This document shows, piece by piece, positions 16,705 through 27,124 of a stretch of 64,000 nt of DNA. The DNA lies in the IMG/VR virus record IMGVR_UViG_3300047548_001372, positions 1-64,000 of that record. One strand, 5' to 3'. How positions within the stretch are numbered: the first letter of the stretch is position 1; each line of letters opens with the position of its first letter. The notes beneath the pieces were generated by a model that saw nothing but the letters and a program-made list of their open reading frames with translations, made no database searches and had not been told where the DNA came from. Made by a program: the position numbers and the translations under genes. The DNA comes from a virus.

Positions 16705-17205
16705 CTACACGATATTTCCCTGTGCGTCAAGTTTTATCTCACCCCACACAACCCTGCCTTCCTGAATTGCACGCTGTACTGCACGTTGATGCTTTGATAG
16801 TTTTGATTCACCAGTCTTAATTTCCAGAAATACAATCTCTTTTACTTCAGAAGCAACTCCATCTTTTACATCAGTGTATCCATCAATAACAATATAGTCT
16901 GCAAAATCACCAAGGAAGCGATAGTCATACGGATTATACTTTCCTGTAAGTGTAGGAATGAATTGTTGTAGTACTTGCCCTCGAATAGCATTACGTGCTG
17001 CATCATTACTCTTCTTTGCCTTCTGTGCATATGCAGCCTCATACTCCTTCCGAATACTCTCTTTGCTAGCAGAAAGCTGATCCTCGTAGCGCTTCTTATA
17101 GGTTTCCTCCAGGTATTGCTTTGTGCGGCGAATAAAATACACATAACCTACAATACATACGATAACAATACACCCTGTAATGATAATCTCTACTAGCATA
17201 TCCAT
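16705..17205 (-). CDS. membrane-anchored Holliday-junction-resolvase-like endonuclease
   Basis: N-terminal TM helix; RG...qQf.P...Y.P.D.RFLG...DYIV.DG...IVFLEIKTGES.LS..Q. Confidence 0.8.
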   Translation of the reverse strand: MDMLVEIIITGCIVIVCIVGYVYFIRRTKQYLEETYKKRYEDQLSASKESIRKEYEAAYAQKAKKSNDAARNAIRGQVLQQFIPTLTGKYNPYDYRFLGDFADYIVIDGYTDVKDGVASEVKEIVFLEIKTGESKLSKHQRAVQRAIQEGRVVWGEIKLDAQGNIV

Positions 17206-17223
17206 AATGAGTACTCCTTTTGT

Positions 17224-17562
17224 TTAGTGGTTTTGTGCGTGGTGTTTTAAATACCGCGCAAACTCTTCCAGCTTCGACCAAGCATACCGCTGCTTTGCAC
17301 GCATCATCAACTGATTATCAGATATACGTAGCATTGTAGCAATATCTTCAATGCTAATGGTAAGCATTGCACTAATATGCTCAACAGTTCTATTAGTAGC
17401 AGCAGCCAACTCATCCACAGTAAATCCATACGCATAGAGTAAGAGTAGTCGTTTACGAAACGGTGGGATTTGTGTGAGGGCAACATCAATATCACACCGT
17501 GTTTCTACATCTACTTTATTATCTACATAATCAATAAGCAACTCCTTCATATATGCTGACAT
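17224..17562 (-). CDS. sigma-70 region-4-like HTH protein (putative phage sigma factor or regulator)
   Basis: D...AL.qIP...kR.LLLY..GfT.dElA...n.t; likely start MSAYM. Confidence 0.6.
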   Translation of the reverse strand: MSAYMKELLIDYVDNKVDVETRCDIDVALTQIPPFRKRLLLLYAYGFTVDELAAATNRTVEHISAMLTISIEDIATMLRISDNQLMMRAKQRYAWSKLEEFARYLKHHAQNH

Positions 17563-17572
17563 AGTTGTACCT

Positions 17573-18364
17573 TTAATAACATGTTGAGAAGAACATACAC
17601 TGCTTACACTCCTGATCAAGCAGCCTGCGTGCGGGGGGAATAGTAAATACTCTGCTCACCAAATCTTGTACATCACCAGTAAACCGATCAAGTAGTACAT
17701 CATAGTTTGAGAGATCTACAGGAAAAAACTCACCAGTCTTTAAATGATGCCAAACGACACGGTATGGAGCACTACCATAGATCTGCTCGTATGCCCATCG
17801 ATACACAAGAAATTGTGGATCTTGCTTGAGATCTTTTTCTGAAGGAGCTTTACTGTTACTCTTGTGATCTACAATGGTACCATCTTTGGTAATCATATCA
17901 ATAATTCCTTCCATCCAGCAGGTTGGTGATTCTGCATTTGGAAATGGAAGAGCGAAGCGATACTCCATAACATCTGGAACGAGGGTGTGATAGGATAGTT
18001 TGCGTAGGATTTCTTTTCCGTCTTTTAGTGCTGCCCCCGCATACTCCTCGCCTACTACGGGTGCTTCTTCCTGCCATGTGCTGAGTGTGGTAAGAAGTGT
18101 TTCCTGATACATTGCGAGCGCTTTGTTCAACGCTTTTACTTCATCTGCATCTTTGTTGTACATTGTGTAATAGGCTTCAATTGAAGCATGTAGTGCAGTA
18201 CCTTTAAGTGCGTAGATATTCTTCTGTTCTTCTGGACGTTGATCTTTTGGTAGGATGTAGCGTAGGTAATACTTCCGCGCACACGTTCGATACATCTTCA
18301 CCCGGGAGACAGAAAGTGTAGGAAGATCGTGAACATTAGGAACAATTGCTGGTTGTTTATACAT
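17573..18364 (-). CDS. PD-(D/E)XK Cas4/RecB-like exonuclease
   Basis: LSVSRV..Y..CAR.YY, GT.LH, G.ID...IVDHKS, Q..vY, C-terminal CxxC..C. Confidence 0.85.
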   Translation of the reverse strand: MYKQPAIVPNVHDLPTLSVSRVKMYRTCARKYYLRYILPKDQRPEEQKNIYALKGTALHASIEAYYTMYNKDADEVKALNKALAMYQETLLTTLSTWQEEAPVVGEEYAGAALKDGKEILRKLSYHTLVPDVMEYRFALPFPNAESPTCWMEGIIDMITKDGTIVDHKSNSKAPSEKDLKQDPQFLVYRWAYEQIYGSAPYRVVWHHLKTGEFFPVDLSNYDVLLDRFTGDVQDLVSRVFTIPPARRLLDQECKQCMFFSTCY

Positions 18365-18375
18365 TGTGTAACCTT

Positions 18376-18816
18376 TCAATATAGTCTTTCATCTAACTCA
18401 ACACCGTCTTCAGTATACCACACTCTTGGTAATCCTGCAAGTCTCGCAATGTCAAACATGTGCTTTACCCCAGTATCATATGGTAGGTAGTTATGAAATA
18501 CTATTACAAGATCTGGCCTACCTTCAGAAAGCATTTGCTTATTGCGATATATTCCAGCAACTTTACCAAACCTATCCCAGTTTGCTGGAAACTTCTTTAC
18601 TGGTATTTTAAAAACCACATCACATAGATGAATTACAATGGTATCTAATCCACGAGAACAACCACTTACTACAACAAAGTGATTGTAACGATCTTTACAC
18701 TCCTGGAGTACTTGTCGAACTAATCCTACATTCTTCCAATCAAGATCGCCGCAAAACAGAATAGTATATGGTGCTGAAGGATCTCTTGGTACTGGTGGTA
18801 ACGTAGTTGGTAACAT
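18376..18816 (-). CDS. SLOG/DUF2493 (YspA-like) protein
   Basis: ILFCG..DW, VVSG..RG.D, FPA.W...GK.AG..RN.QML...PD.VI.F. Confidence 0.8.
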   Translation of the reverse strand: MLPTTLPPVPRDPSAPYTILFCGDLDWKNVGLVRQVLQECKDRYNHFVVVSGCSRGLDTIVIHLCDVVFKIPVKKFPANWDRFGKVAGIYRNKQMLSEGRPDLVIVFHNYLPYDTGVKHMFDIARLAGLPRVWYTEDGVELDERLY

Positions 18817-18818
18817 AA

Positions 18819-19211
18819 TTACTTCATATCCGTTTTTGCTTTCAATGCGAATGTACTAGATGCGTACATATGACGAATATACTCCAGCTTTTTTACACGT
18901 ACATCGTATACTTCAATCTCTGCTTCAATAGCTGCTAGCTCTTCTTGAAGATCTTGGGTGTGGATAATGATTTGTTTCTTTACCTCAGCCCCACGCGGTT
19001 TATCAGCATCGATTGTTAACTTATCCTCTATCTCTGTAATTTGCCTACGTAATACTCTTGCTTGCTTTCGCAAGTTACCCAGTGTATCAAAAGCATTTAC
19101 TACTGTATAGTAATCTGGAGGATTTTCAAGCCAAGAATTAAGACGATCTTCAATCACTTGGTTAGGTGTTTTTTCCTGCTGTGCGCGGCCAGTTACAAGA
19201 TCTAATTTCAT
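18819..19211 (-). CDS. coiled-coil protein, possible UvsY-like recombination mediator
   Basis: 130 aa helical protein near recA. Confidence 0.45.
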   Translation of the reverse strand: MKLDLVTGRAQQEKTPNQVIEDRLNSWLENPPDYYTVVNAFDTLGNLRKQARVLRRQITEIEDKLTIDADKPRGAEVKKQIIIHTQDLQEELAAIEAEIEVYDVRVKKLEYIRHMYASSTFALKAKTDMK

Positions 19212-19387
19212 TTTTCACTCCTACACTGTGTAAGAATATCAGTAAGCCCTACAAGAAGCGTACGCAGCTCATTGATCTCTACACGGATCTCTTTCTTATC
19301 AAATGTATCTACAATAAAAATCCACCACGTATTACCAACATACACACGGCTAAGCTGAAAACGATCATTGACAATAATTGGCTGCAT
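19208..19387 (-). CDS. hypothetical protein (59 aa)
   Basis: MQPIIVNDRFQLSRVYVG... read manually; AGAAAGGA RBS; ATGA overlap with the next gene. Confidence 0.6.
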   Translation of the reverse strand: MQPIIVNDRFQLSRVYVGNTWWIFIVDTFDKKEIRVEINELRTLLVGLTDILTQCRSEK

Positions 19388-19417
19388 AGCACTATCCTTT
19401 CTAACCAGCTCTAATTT

Positions 19418-20386
19418 TTAACTAATTCCTAGCTTTTCAATAACAAGTGTACGTAGACGATTTATGTCGAATGTTTGCATTGCTTTTTCCATACCGTGTG
19501 CTTTGGTTTCTTCAAATGTATACCTTGCCCCCGCACGTTCTACAATACCCAACTCTTCACCCATTGCAATAAGATGTTGTTTGTAGTTAATTCCTTCACC
19601 ATACTCTAATTGGAAATGTACCTGTCTACCTTCTGGGCCTAGCTTGGTTTTTTCTACAGTAGCAACAACTTCTGCTTTTGTATCTTCATTCTTCACTCGC
19701 ACCAGCTCAATAGTTACTCGTGATACGTACTGTACAATACGTGCACCGTATGCTTTCTTTTCCTTCCTACTCATCGTAGAAATATTTGCGCGGTATTGAT
19801 TAATAAGAATAACTAACGCATCAGCAGCAGATACGAGATGAATAAGCCTTCGTAGAATACGAGTAAGAGGATTAGCGCTAGAGCTCATCTTTTCTGGATC
19901 AGTAAGCGCTTTGTCTTCTTCGCTTTTCGGCTCAAACATTGGAATACTATCGACAATAACAAGCTGTAATCCTTCAGTAAGAAATGCTTCTACCAGTGCA
20001 AATGCTTCCTCACCATAGCGTGATTCAACTACCAGTAACTTGTCAAGATCAATACCAATCTTTTTTGCATATACTGGATCAAAGCTATGCTCAAAGTCAA
20101 GCCAAATAGCATTGACAAAACGTGTTGCTTTCTGGTATGGGATCTCTATTCCTTTAATATCGGTCTCTTGTGCGCGGGCTACAAAATCCGCAGCAAGAGT
20201 GCTCTTCCCATGCTTCGGCTCTCCAATCAACTGAATAATACTTCCACCAGGAATATATCCACCAATACCAAGAGCTGCGTTTAGTCCAGGTAAACCTGTA
20301 CGAAACTTGTGATGATCTACATGCTCATTACCAAAGCGAATGGTATCTTTTTGATCTGCTAATAGTTTTGAAATAAGTTGGCTCAT
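19418..20386 (-). CDS. recA: RecA/UvsX-like recombinase
   Basis: LN.ALGIGG.IP.G, Walker A GEPKHGKST, D.EHSFDP.YA..IG.D, VIVDS, LINQ.R. Confidence 0.9.
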   Translation of the reverse strand: MSQLISKLLADQKDTIRFGNEHVDHHKFRTGLPGLNAALGIGGYIPGGSIIQLIGEPKHGKSTLAADFVARAQETDIKGIEIPYQKATRFVNAIWLDFEHSFDPVYAKKIGIDLDKLLVVESRYGEEAFALVEAFLTEGLQLVIVDSIPMFEPKSEEDKALTDPEKMSSSANPLTRILRRLIHLVSAADALVILINQYRANISTMSRKEKKAYGARIVQYVSRVTIELVRVKNEDTKAEVVATVEKTKLGPEGRQVHFQLEYGEGINYKQHLIAMGEELGIVERAGARYTFEETKAHGMEKAMQTFDINRLRTLVIEKLGIS

Positions 20387-20407
20387 AGAGTATCCTTGTC
20401 TGTATCC

Positions 20408-22393
20408 TTATTTATCATACCTGCTGCTAACCTTTGGATCTACTGATGTACCTTCATACTTTCCTACTTCATGTGCTACGTTTGGTAATACTTCTGCGAT
20501 AGATTGTTCCATAGTGGTTTTTAGTAGTAGCGCGCATGCTTCTACATAATCATCATCACATTCTACCACAATTTCATCATGAACGCAAATGATCATTGCT
20601 GCTTTGCTACGATCAACCTGCTCCCAAAACAATTGAATTGCACGCTTGGTCATGGTAGCAGAACTGCTCTGAATACTTGCATTCTTCCCTTCACGCTCTG
20701 CTGCAAGCCTCTTCCATTTATCAAAGAATGTATTCTGATCCCAGTTTCTACGTCTACCCCAAGCATCAACTACATATCCGTCACGTACCGCTTTACGAGC
20801 GTTACCATTCAGATACCCAGCAGTAGTAGGGAAGAGAGAATACCAGCGTTCAATAAGATCATCACCATCTTGAGGGGTAATCTTATATCCTTGTGATGCA
20901 AGCATGACGTTTAACGTTTCAGCTAGGTTTCTACCAGTTGTACCATAGGCAATTCCATAACTCAATGTCTTTGCTGCATCTCTCCAGTACTTGTGTGGTT
21001 CTTTCTTCTTGTTTTGTGGAGTAATGTCAGTGTATTTTAGTACCTCGCGCACTACATACGTATGCACATCACCACGTAAGATCTCATCTAGTAGGTTCTT
21101 GTCGTTACTTAGTGCAGCAAGGATAACTAACTCAATACTTGCAAAGTCTGCAATAAGTAGCTTTCTTCCAGGTGGTGCTTCAATACAGTTGCGAATTGAA
21201 TACTTTCCTAATCCTAACAGTTGTAGTTTCTTATCTGTAGGAACATTCTGGAAGTTCGGTCGGGTAGAAGAGTATCTTCCAGTAGCCATTGCACCAAGGC
21301 TGTTGAAGGATGGATGTACTCTACTAGTTTTTGGATTAACTGCATCAAGAATACCATGGATAAACGTACTAAGCAAGATGCGTGCGCCCTTCAAAAACCC
21401 TAATGCACGCAAATACTTATTCTCAATACCAGGATACCCATCAATAGCAGAAGCAATCTCTTCATCATCAACAAAATCACTGTAGTTAAAGTCAAACTTT
21501 GTATTCTTCTTTTTCTTTTTACGCTGCTCTAATTCCCATCGTTGAACGTCCTTCACATTCAATGACGGAACATCTACACCAACTTTTAGTAGCATAGCCT
21601 TGAGCTGATCATTACTACTTGTGTTTACACAACTATAACCATCTTTGGTAAAGACAATAGTGTCTGCTGCTCCTTGACTGATAAAGAGATCTTGTAAAAC
21701 TTTATCAGCCACGCGCACATATTCACTGAATGGGCCAATCATCGCAGAGAGCATTTCAGTATTTACATACACACCAGTATATTCCATCATTGCGGTAGGA
21801 GCAATGATAGCCATCTCTAAGTGATAGACACGAGTAAGTCCCTTCTCCTTAATTTCTTTCATCTGTTGATCATAGATTGGTAGAAGATAGGTTGTATCAT
21901 CTGCTGCATATTGTAGTTCTTCATTACTGAAGAATGATTCTGTGCGATTGATAAAACCCTCGCGCACACTCTTATCTCTAGTAATATTGAGACGACGCTT
22001 GCTTACATCAGCAAGACTAAAACCAACCTTATATCCTACTGCCCAGATAAGACGATCTGCAATCATGGTATCGTGCATTGATACCATAGCAATACCATGG
22101 TGATAGAAGATCTTATAATCATACGTAAGGTTATGACCAATCTTAAGAATATGTGGATTTTCCAATACTTCCTTAAAAATACTCATCGGTAGTTTTGTCA
22201 TATCAAAGACAAAGCTATCATCACCATCAATTGGTGCGCGGGTACTTAAAGACACCAACAACGGTCTAGCCTGATACGGATCAAGAGATGTCGTTTCAGT
22301 ATCCACCCCAAGAATAGTATCATCCATCCAAGAGAGATCCTGTATTGCTGATAGGATAATAGCTGCTTGTGATTTGTTTGTAATATACTTCAT
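20408..22393 (-). CDS. polA: family A DNA polymerase with 3'-5' exonuclease
   Basis: DTETT, GHNL.YD, YAA.D; ATGRYSS..PN.QN, ADFASIEL, AKTLSYGIAYG, VHDEIV. Confidence 0.95.
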   Translation of the reverse strand: MKYITNKSQAAIILSAIQDLSWMDDTILGVDTETTSLDPYQARPLLVSLSTRAPIDGDDSFVFDMTKLPMSIFKEVLENPHILKIGHNLTYDYKIFYHHGIAMVSMHDTMIADRLIWAVGYKVGFSLADVSKRRLNITRDKSVREGFINRTESFFSNEELQYAADDTTYLLPIYDQQMKEIKEKGLTRVYHLEMAIIAPTAMMEYTGVYVNTEMLSAMIGPFSEYVRVADKVLQDLFISQGAADTIVFTKDGYSCVNTSSNDQLKAMLLKVGVDVPSLNVKDVQRWELEQRKKKKKNTKFDFNYSDFVDDEEIASAIDGYPGIENKYLRALGFLKGARILLSTFIHGILDAVNPKTSRVHPSFNSLGAMATGRYSSTRPNFQNVPTDKKLQLLGLGKYSIRNCIEAPPGRKLLIADFASIELVILAALSNDKNLLDEILRGDVHTYVVREVLKYTDITPQNKKKEPHKYWRDAAKTLSYGIAYGTTGRNLAETLNVMLASQGYKITPQDGDDLIERWYSLFPTTAGYLNGNARKAVRDGYVVDAWGRRRNWDQNTFFDKWKRLAAEREGKNASIQSSSATMTKRAIQLFWEQVDRSKAAMIICVHDEIVVECDDDYVEACALLLKTTMEQSIAEVLPNVAHEVGKYEGTSVDPKVSSRYDK

Positions 22394-22791
22394 ACGCGCA
22401 CAAAACTTTCTTTATCAACGCTAGTTACAGCTGATCCAGCAATCTTCACGACAAACGACCCAGTAGCCGACCCAGTCTCCGACCCAGTTACATTTGGTCT
22501 AATAGTAACACATGCGACGCCAATTGTCCAATCAACATCTTCATCTACAAAAACCAACTCATTCTGATTATCAAAGACTAGTTTGATAAGTGTGGGTGAA
22601 TAGGCTTTACCATCTTCACCCACACGCTTCTCTGGAGCTAGTTTAAAACCTGTTGTTTTCTGTATGGCAATGTCAGTAAGTATACCACAAAACTCATGTG
22701 TGTCAAATGTGATTATACACGCATGACCTAACAGTGTATAAAATAAACTACGAATAGCTTCAACTCTCTGCTGCTGTCCTTTTGTTGCCAT
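22390..22791 (-). CDS. hypothetical protein
   Basis: 133 aa; AGGAG RBS; overlaps the polA start. Confidence 0.7.
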   Translation of the reverse strand: MATKGQQQRVEAIRSLFYTLLGHACIITFDTHEFCGILTDIAIQKTTGFKLAPEKRVGEDGKAYSPTLIKLVFDNQNELVFVDEDVDWTIGVACVTIRPNVTGSETGSATGSFVVKIAGSAVTSVDKESFVRV

Positions 22792-22833
22792 ACATACTCC
22801 TAACTGATTATACTAACTGTTTATACTAGCTGT

Positions 22834-23934
22834 TTATACTTCTACTGCTGATAGTACTTTATACATAAGATCTCGTAGGAAGTATAAAGGCATAAAGTAT
22901 ATCGTCTTTTCAGCCTTATTGATATAGAGTGAGATCTTTGCAAATCGTACGCTTATACTTTCCCCCGCACTATCTTGAATAAACTGAACTTTCATAGCGT
23001 TCTCAATTGCATCGAGAAACATCATGATATTTGGTGAATACTTTACTGAATTATCTTTTCTCATACTAGGATTACCACGATGCGTAGAGATGTATGACCA
23101 ATTCTCTGTAGTAGGTGATGAAAGCATATACTCTAGTATAGCACGATCACAGTCATATGTCAAGAGCTTTCGTACAGCCTCTTCTGTCAGCAATGCACAG
23201 TAAAATGGTGTGTCATGAAAATGCAATACAATAGTACCTAGCTTTGCGCGGGTAACGTATACCTCATTCTCTAACTGATCAAACCATTCATCACCTTTAA
23301 AAATAATAGCAGGACGATTGTAACGTAGCTTTGCGGTCATCTTACATTCAACAATCATCATCCCATCTTCATACCGCTTATCATCTACCTGAACGTATAA
23401 AGGAACCATAACATCACCCTTCCAACTTCTTCCTGCTCCTGATAACGGTACCCTTTTCCCTTTCAGGTATTTTGCTACATAGTTTTCCATTCTCCGCGCA
23501 CGATCTTTATTTAATCTATTTGTTTTTGCACGATCTTCCATAATTTCCTTTCTTCCAGCATTGCCTGATTTTGTCAGCTGCTTGGACGGCTTTCCTCGTA
23601 CAAGCACCCTTGCTACAGACTGCTGGAATATGTATTCATGAATATTATCCTTTCCCACTAATCTATATCGCTCATCAACAAAGCCTGGCTTTGTTACTGG
23701 AATATCCTTTGTTCTTGCATTAAACGCCTTAGACACCCCAGGATCAATGTCCTGGAGTGTCTTTGGAAAGCGTAGTGTAGTATCTGCTGGTTTAGGTGCT
23801 CTGCTGTGCATTGAACGCTGTAGAGTGTATTTCCTTGAGCGCACAATACCCAACCTCTTTTCCAGTTTTTCTACTCCTAATAACCTTCCTTTAAATCTAC
23901 GTTTTACTTTTGTATGTACCTTTGTGCGCGGCAT
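22834..23934 (-). CDS. Hjc-like PD-(D/E)XK resolvase with a long basic N-terminal extension
   Basis: RRMEN.VA..L...RVPLSGA....KGDV....IVECK. Confidence 0.65.
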   Translation of the reverse strand: MPRTKVHTKVKRRFKGRLLGVEKLEKRLGIVRSRKYTLQRSMHSRAPKPADTTLRFPKTLQDIDPGVSKAFNARTKDIPVTKPGFVDERYRLVGKDNIHEYIFQQSVARVLVRGKPSKQLTKSGNAGRKEIMEDRAKTNRLNKDRARRMENYVAKYLKGKRVPLSGAGRSWKGDVMVPLYVQVDDKRYEDGMMIVECKMTAKLRYNRPAIIFKGDEWFDQLENEVYVTRAKLGTIVLHFHDTPFYCALLTEEAVRKLLTYDCDRAILEYMLSSPTTENWSYISTHRGNPSMRKDNSVKYSPNIMMFLDAIENAMKVQFIQDSAGESISVRFAKISLYINKAEKTIYFMPLYFLRDLMYKVLSAVEV

Positions 23935-23936
23935 GC

Positions 23937-25184
23937 CTATACATCCATTCCCTTAAACCGCTGATATGGCCCACAGAAAAGGATAGACGTTGTACCAATA
24001 GGCCCAAAGCGATTCTTTAAGAAGTTCACTTCTACATTACGAACTTCTGTGTTGGTATCATCAGGATTAAGCAGAAACACCACATCTGCTACCTGTGCAA
24101 TCTCACCACTATCACGAATACCATCAAGCCCCTGACCATTGCGATTAAGTTGCGAGAGTGCTACAATGGTGATGTTTAATTCCTTGGCAAGAGCTTTTAG
24201 CGTTTCTGCTACTTCGCCAAGATCACTATTGGTATTTCCTGTTGGATTATGATTTACGATCTGAATATAGTCAAGGAATACTACACGTACACCATTCTGG
24301 ATGACATGCTCCCTAATTTCCTTTACCATCTTATAGAGCGTAATCTTTCCATTATCAATAACATACATTGGTAACTTTTGCAGTGTGGTAACAACACGCT
24401 CAATATCCTGTGTCTGCTCTGGTGTCAACCTACCACTTGCAATGTATCGGCTATCGATACTGAGTGTATCAGCAATCCATTTGACAAAGAGATCTTCTTT
24501 TGACATCTCAAGACTAAAGAATAGGCTTGGTGTAGGATCGTGATCACCATTGGTGTTAACCTGCCTTGCCATCTCTAGCATACTGTTCGCTACCAGTGTT
24601 GTCTTACCACCACCTGGCCCTGCTGCAAGTACAATAAAAGCCTTTGGCTTCCACTCACCACCCATTCGGATGTCCAACCAAGGCATACCAGTAGAAGCAA
24701 AACGATACTTCTTACCTAGCTTTGCGTGAAGATTACCAAGAAACTCTACAGCACCACCAGTAGTTGAACTATCTTCACCAGCACCTACTGCATGGAAGGA
24801 TAGTGATCGCATAATATCACCATCGCTAGGACTAAACTGGCTTGCAATAAACTCAAACTCTTCTGCTTTCTGCCGTGCAACACGCTTCGTAGCTAGACGC
24901 ACACAGTCATCAAATACCGCTGCAATAGATGTTGTGTGAGATGCAAGAAGCTCTCCTGGAACTTCACCCTTGAGATGCAGTGATAGACCTCTAAGATCAA
25001 GAGAGCCATACTGAGTAAAAGTATCACGTAGTGCGCGAAAGACAATAACACGCTCTTCAGTAAACATCACCTCATTAATACGATGAAGATAGACAGCGTT
25101 CTTTGGATCAAGAAGAGCTGCAAGTAGCTTCCACTCACTTACCTCATCAACGAACACATTGCTGAAAGAAATACTTTTTGTCAT
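23937..25184 (-). CDS. dnaB: DnaB-like replicative helicase
   Basis: AGPGGGKTT, FFSLEM, FLDYIQ, ALSQLNR, RDSG.I.Q.AD, KNRFG; likely start MTKSI. Confidence 0.93.
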   Translation of the reverse strand: MTKSISFSNVFVDEVSEWKLLAALLDPKNAVYLHRINEVMFTEERVIVFRALRDTFTQYGSLDLRGLSLHLKGEVPGELLASHTTSIAAVFDDCVRLATKRVARQKAEEFEFIASQFSPSDGDIMRSLSFHAVGAGEDSSTTGGAVEFLGNLHAKLGKKYRFASTGMPWLDIRMGGEWKPKAFIVLAAGPGGGKTTLVANSMLEMARQVNTNGDHDPTPSLFFSLEMSKEDLFVKWIADTLSIDSRYIASGRLTPEQTQDIERVVTTLQKLPMYVIDNGKITLYKMVKEIREHVIQNGVRVVFLDYIQIVNHNPTGNTNSDLGEVAETLKALAKELNITIVALSQLNRNGQGLDGIRDSGEIAQVADVVFLLNPDDTNTEVRNVEVNFLKNRFGPIGTTSILFCGPYQRFKGMDV

Positions 25185-25219
25185 AAAGAACCTTTCTAAT
25201 AGAGATACTGGTAGAGAGA

Positions 25220-26092
25220 TTAATAGCGAAATTGTAGCCACGTTTCATAAGGAAGCGCAGCTTGAAGAATACAGGGGAATAAGTCTGGTGCTTCTAGTAG
25301 GAATGAATCAATATCCATCTTCTCTTTACCTAATGACGGTAGTGTTGCTACTCGGCAGGTGTCGAAGTTGGATGCAATGTTTATCACTGCCCGCGCAATA
25401 GTATACCGCTGCTCTGGTTGTGTGTCAAATAGAATAATCACATCTTGACCATACTGCTGTCGAAAGCCTTTCCTCCATGTATTCATACCTGGAAGTGCTA
25501 TAGTAGGATATCCATGTTGAAATGCAATAGCGGCTTTAATTTCACCCTCTGTAAGAATGAGTGTTTTATTTTTTGATAGAAAGTAATTGTATGGATAATC
25601 TGCTCCTCTGAAGTATGTACTATGTCGTGGTGATTTGTATTTTTGTTCAGCTGTTTTTTCTAGTGTGCGCGCACGAATATCAGAAACCACACCATCAAAA
25701 CCTATATAAGGAAACGTAACACGATTAGCAAAAAATGCTTTTCCCTGAACTGCTAATCCAGCATGCCGTGCTACATCCGTACGATACCAGATAGCAGAAT
25801 CATCTGGACAATATCCAATACGTAGTTGAACAATTGTAGTATCTGTAAAGCCTCGTTGATATAACCATGCAGTAACTTCTGGTGTTAAGCAACTATGATA
25901 GTAGTTACTCATACGATCATAGTAATCACGAATATGATCAAGTAATGGGCTTCTAGTAAGTGTGGTTGTTTTTTCTACACCATCAATATAGGCTTTATAA
26001 CTACAACTAAAACAATACCCAAGATTATTATGACTAGTAATGTAAAAATTACTTTTACCACAATGTGGGCATTCCTCTTTTTTTCCAGACAT
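25220..26092 (-). CDS. DNA primase (zinc finger + TOPRIM)
   Basis: CPHC...CFSC, RVTFP, KY.SP, LTEGEIKA, lfD, DiD; likely start MSGKK. Confidence 0.9.
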   Translation of the reverse strand: MSGKKEECPHCGKSNFYITSHNNLGYCFSCSYKAYIDGVEKTTTLTRSPLLDHIRDYYDRMSNYYHSCLTPEVTAWLYQRGFTDTTIVQLRIGYCPDDSAIWYRTDVARHAGLAVQGKAFFANRVTFPYIGFDGVVSDIRARTLEKTAEQKYKSPRHSTYFRGADYPYNYFLSKNKTLILTEGEIKAAIAFQHGYPTIALPGMNTWRKGFRQQYGQDVIILFDTQPEQRYTIARAVINIASNFDTCRVATLPSLGKEKMDIDSFLLEAPDLFPCILQAALPYETWLQFRY

Positions 26093-26146
26093 AATATATA
26101 CCTTTATAACAAAGAGTATAACAAAAAGTATAACAGAAAGATATAA

Positions 26147-26184
26147 CAAAAAAGATAGGGCATAGCCGAAACTATGCCCTATTT
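26147..26184 (-). terminator. Rho-independent terminator after the SSB gene
   Basis: atagggcatag/ctatgccctat hairpin plus A-run on +. Confidence 0.75.
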
Positions 26185-26199
26185 TCTATCTACCCTTAA

Positions 26200-27066
26200 C
26201 TACTCGCCGTCTTCTTCAGTTGCCCCTTCTAGTTGCGGGAAGAGTACAATACCAGAGTCCTTCATCACCTCATCAAAATCTTCACCGTCAAGCAGTGCGT
26301 TGATCACGCTATGTGGCCAAGGCTTCACCCAACTCTTCAGATCGTAGCGAGGAAGATTGACGTGCTCCTCTGCAAGAGGACGAAAATCACCAGCCACCTG
26401 AAACGCACGACGAGTATCAGTACCATCACCAGTTACACGCAGTGCAATATCAAACTCATACAACTGAAGCACACGATCCTCGTTATCTGGTGCGGTAACA
26501 CTACCTACAAGATCATTGAGTCCTTGCAGCATATGCTTACCACCAGGCTTACCATTACTGCCCTCTAGGATGCGCACCTGAAGCAATGGTGAAGGAGTAC
26601 CGTCTAGCTTTGTCGTAGTACCGTTGACTTCGACATAGTACTGATTATTCTCTGAAGGATAGGCAACCTTATTGTTTGGTAGCTTAATCACCTTCGTCTT
26701 ATCCAACACATTGATCGCAAAACGCTGCTTTGCCAGTACACGATCACGGTTAGGCTTACCATTTACCTCACGAGGAAGATCGTGGTACAGACGCTCCCAG
26801 ATAGGATTACTGAACGGCTTGTACGGATCAACCATCACGCGCTGCTGCCGCTGCTGTCCCTGCTTCATCACTGGGATCCAGTACTCTGCAAATGGTACTT
26901 CATCCTGCATCGCCATACCAGCTGACGTAACGTGCGGGAGAATACGAAACACACGACGCCCAGTACGATAAATACCACGCAGAGGATCAATCCATGGATT
27001 AACAAAATCTTCCGTAGAACCAGTACTAGCACCACGAGTGTTCTTCATGCTGTCACCAAATGCCAT
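26200..27066 (-). CDS. single-stranded DNA-binding protein (gp32-like)
   Basis: RVFRILP, RFAINVLD, fDI.l..tG.G.dT, acidic C-terminus EEDGE; adjacent to primase. Confidence 0.65.
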   Translation of the reverse strand: MAFGDSMKNTRGASTGSTEDFVNPWIDPLRGIYRTGRRVFRILPHVTSAGMAMQDEVPFAEYWIPVMKQGQQRQQRVMVDPYKPFSNPIWERLYHDLPREVNGKPNRDRVLAKQRFAINVLDKTKVIKLPNNKVAYPSENNQYYVEVNGTTTKLDGTPSPLLQVRILEGSNGKPGGKHMLQGLNDLVGSVTAPDNEDRVLQLYEFDIALRVTGDGTDTRRAFQVAGDFRPLAEEHVNLPRYDLKSWVKPWPHSVINALLDGEDFDEVMKDSGIVLFPQLEGATEEDGE

Positions 27067-27124
27067 AGTAGACCTCCATTCAGTATTGTCTAGCTGCTGT
27101 ACATCAGCTGCTCTTCATATTGTC

